DNA of 63,989 nucleotides, the filler included, from Trypethelium eluteriae (lineage: Eukaryota), in assembly GCA_051942245.1 (NCBI GenBank). It is 3 parts of 3 records of this genome, joined end to end, with 100 filler letters (N's around TTAATTAATTAA, not from the genome) between each part and the next. Parts side by side here need not be neighbours in the genome. Positions count along the whole stretch, not along the records: positions 43,472 to 63,989 come from JAVECL010000495.1; 2 more parts are not named here. One strand, given 5' to 3'. Position numbers and translations under genes: made by a program. The notes below the pieces were generated by a model. The model was not told the origin of the DNA. It was given only the letters and a program-made list of their open reading frames with translations, and searched no databases. Shown one piece after another: positions 60,911 to 63,989 of this stretch (positions are counted from its first letter, which is position 1; every line of letters begins with the position of its first letter).

Positions 60911-62169
60911 TGCGACGATGTGTGTCGATTAAACTCGAGTCGCTTCCGCGGTATCAATTGGACATCTAAGATACAATTCTCCGCAGGGCGGCGGAGGGCG
61001 GCATTACGTGCAACGGTATGCCGGCTACGCCAGCCAGTCAACCACTTTGCAGGCAAGCTTACAATTAAAAGCGTTATGCTCATTATATCAAACAGCGATG
61101 CAATCCCCGATAACAGATACCTGACTGAGCTAGCCAAAGTAAAAGAACGATCGAGCATCTCAACTTCGCTCTATTCAGCCAAGCAGTTCTAGCCACGGTC
61201 TCGAGCGCAACATGCGAGAGAAAGCAATACAACATTACAACGAGTGCTTTAATTTTGTACAAGTGCTTGTTGGCGTTGAGCTACTCCGTAGGTGTGATCT
61301 TACCGAGTTAGCACAGGTGGGCGTACGGAGAGGTCATTTTCTGTGTGAACATAGCGTCGGCCGAATGACTTCCAGTTGAGGACGGTCCACCGAATTCTGC
61401 AAGTAACCCGATGCGGCTGATCGTGCACAGATTGTGCGTCCGACAAGGGTTACATTGTGTTCTAGGCAATCTATTTTTCTCCTACGTTGTTGTATGTTCA
61501 TGCTTTTGTTCTTGAGTCCTACCTTAGATTGATTTGAATGAGCCCCAGTGGTTAATTCTTCCTACCTCATCATACTATGCTCCGTGTTTCAAACCTCAAA
61601 AATAATCTCTCCTAATTACATTGTTGCAAATGCAGGCAAGTCAAACGTCATTCATTACCTAGTTCCATGCTCCTCACGCATCGCTGTATCAGCCGAGTAT
61701 CCTCTGTTCTATCTCTCACGTCAGTCCCTCCAAACATGGTAGCTGTGTAGGCGACGGCAAAAACGTGCAGCGGCTCTACAGCCAAACACATCTAGCTTTG
61801 CAGCTCGCGTATTCGAAGGGCTCCGACGATCAGAGATGTATCGCATAAGAGGAGAAGAAGAAAGCAGGAGCCTAGCTAGACTAGGGCAGGTAGATGAATG
61901 AAGATAAATGAACTGTGTTGTGCCTTCCCCAATGTAATACTACACAGGTTGAAGATCTGCTTGGACTTCTCTGTATGGTATTGTACCTACCATGATGGGT
62001 GCAAAATGAACAAGCGAGCATCCATGCTCTACATTTTCTGGCCTGTTATGCTTTTTGAATCCCTCAAGCTCAAGTATAAATCGGCGGAGCGTTTCCTAGT
62101 AAAAGCCATGCTGAGGAAGTCAAGTTCGCTGTCATTTGCAAGCACTCAACTTTCAAATATTCGATCATA

Positions 62170-63318
62170 ATGAGGATCATAAATCTAGTCATTATCTCAG
62201 TTGCGGTTACTCTAGCTACTCCTTTGAAGAAACGGGCTGGTCAGACTTACATAAGTATTGGCCAAAATTACCTCAACGAATGGCTAGGCTTCCAGTCCGG
62301 GATTCAGCGTCCGGCTGGAATCAGTACCTATGGTGACATATGGAGCGGCGCGCTGAACTCGGACTCGCAAAATCTGCTCGCTGATTACGCAGCATCTGGA
62401 ACGTATGACTGTTTCGTTCTCCATGGATTTTGCTACACATGCCCGGCGTCTGCTGACGTGACGATATAGGGGCTTCGTTGAGGTCGGTATGAGTTGGAAG
62501 GATGCTATGACTAGCAATGGCTATAGCCAATTCCAGGTTAGTAAGTTAATGAGCTTTTTCCACCTCAAGTTCATGTCAAGGTCAGGGTGCGCAGCTATGC
62601 CACGATGTCGCGAATGGCAAGTACGATGGTAACCTCAACGCCCTCGGCTCCTATCTTGCCACATTTGGCAATGTCAAGTACATTTTCCGCGCCGATTACG
62701 AGGTCTCGGGCAACTTGCACGCCAACACCAATCCGACTGAGTTTGACGAGAGTACCTGGGATCTGACAGCATATCCGGAGGCATTTGCGCATGTTCGCAA
62801 CATTATGAGCAGCAAGATCTCAGACATCGAGTTCATATACCACCCAGTTCGGGGGGAGGCTCAGCTGCTATATCCTGGTGACGACGTCGTGGATTATCAA
62901 GGTACTACCCGACTCCTAATCTTTATTTATAGAAACTCAGTCTCATTCTCCAGGGTTTTCAATCTTCAATAACGATGTTTGCCTTCCGGTCGGAACCACT
63001 TCAAACTGCGACGGGTCTGTCTTGGATCCAAATGTCCTCAAGGATATTCAGTTTGCAACTAAACCCAAGTGGGTCGCCGAGTCGTCTGTACAACCACCAG
63101 CCTCTGACGCGACAGATGATTTCATCACCTATTTGACCCGTGTCAAGAACATGATCGAGCAGTACGACTTTGCTGGCTGGACGTACATCAATTCCAACTG
63201 GCCGATTCACGGCTGGCCAAGCGACACATGGGGCGATAGCCGCATCGAAACTAACTCGCCCATCAAAGATTGGTACGAGTCGAATATCGTGGGTGACAGT
63301 CGCTATATCTTTGCTTAG
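62170..63318 (+). CDS. Secreted GH26-like glycoside hydrolase, beta-1,3-xylanase-like (4 exons)
   Basis: Signal peptide + KKR; introns 62403-62469, 62537-62585, 62902-62953 keep frame. Motifs IGQ..PAG.STY, GKYDGNL, FRADYEV, YPGDDVVDYQGFSIF, KPKWVAES, YINSNW...WGDSRIE. Confidence 0.8.
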
Positions 63319-63633
63319 ACGTTGCTGTGATCCGAGACAATCAAGCAATGAATGTAGGGAAAAGGGCCAGTACATGTACATAGCTTTTAGCCCAGCGAAG
63401 TCTGAAATGCCGGATTGATTTGCTGTTGTTGTCAGGGTTGCGTCTGAAGTTTTATCGTCATTACTTCTCCGTACGCTAAAAATATAAGACCCGGACCCCC
63501 TGCCTGCCATTATCGCCCCACGTCCCCTAACGCCGTCGATCATTTCGAAGCTTCATCTGTAAATATTTTCCCTTTCCTCAGTAGATTTGACGACTAAAGA
63601 CACACCCTTTTACGAATTCATCGTTCCCTCAGA

Positions 63634-63989
63634 ATGGCAAATGTCCAGCCACCATTAAACTACGAAAATTCAGTCGGCGATACTCATCCTGAACATTCGA
63701 CCAGCCTTCCTTCAGAAGTCATTGCCTGTCTAAGAAATGCCCGCTTTGTAGGCAAACGCTCCCTCGTCCGTCAAGCTCCAGACGAAACTGACTTCCTACG
63801 CTTCCACAGCTCCATCTCGCCACCTGCCACGCCAACCAACCCCACGTCTCGCTCATGAACTACACCTACCTCCCCTCGACCCCGTACTCCACCCTGCCGA
63901 CCATCATCATGACCACCAACCCCTCCAGCCGCAAAACCCTCAACCTCCTCCGCAACCCGCGCGTCTCGCTCCTCGTCCACGACTGGGTA
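63634..63989 (+). CDS. Pyridoxamine 5'-phosphate oxidase-like FMN-binding protein (YLR456W/YPR172W type), partial
   Basis: LPSEVIACLRNARF|LHLATCHANQPHVSLMNYTY...IIMTTNPSSRKTLNLLRNPRVSLLVHDW; runs off the window end. Confidence 0.88.

Overview
Intron-rich filamentous-ascomycete (Pezizomycotina, Dothideomycete-like) genomic DNA. It is three contigs joined by artificial 100-nt N...TTAATTAATTAA...N linkers (21670-21769, 43372-43471), so adjacency across the linkers is unproven. Contig 1 (1-21669) is a gene-dense core block: ECM11-like, F-box, LEU1, ALG7, SEH1, CHIP/STUB1, TDP1, S9 dipeptidyl peptidase, F-box-like, ACB1 and a truncated MFS transporter. Contig 2 (21770-43371) opens with about 12 kb of decayed genes holding two paralogous single-pass membrane proteins (one with a CFEM domain), followed by RDH54/Rad54B, a CxxC protein, a GNAT and LEU2. 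Both LEU1 and LEU2 have an upstream Leu3/LeuB-type CCG-N4-CGG site. Contig 3 (43472-63989) starts with RIP-degraded LTR/hAT remnants and a Pth11-like + FAD-monooxygenase + SnoaL/AusH-like trio. Next is a putative allorecognition/immunity island: PD-(D/E)XK-like gene, two tandem HET genes bracketed by diverged direct repeats (the first with one in-frame TGA at a Trp position), a macrodomain pseudogene and a PPPDE/NlpC-like peptidase. It ends with a secreted, intron-containing GH26 enzyme resembling bacterial beta-1,3-xylanases and a partial PNPO-like gene. All family assignments come from motif recognition by eye; no searches were run.
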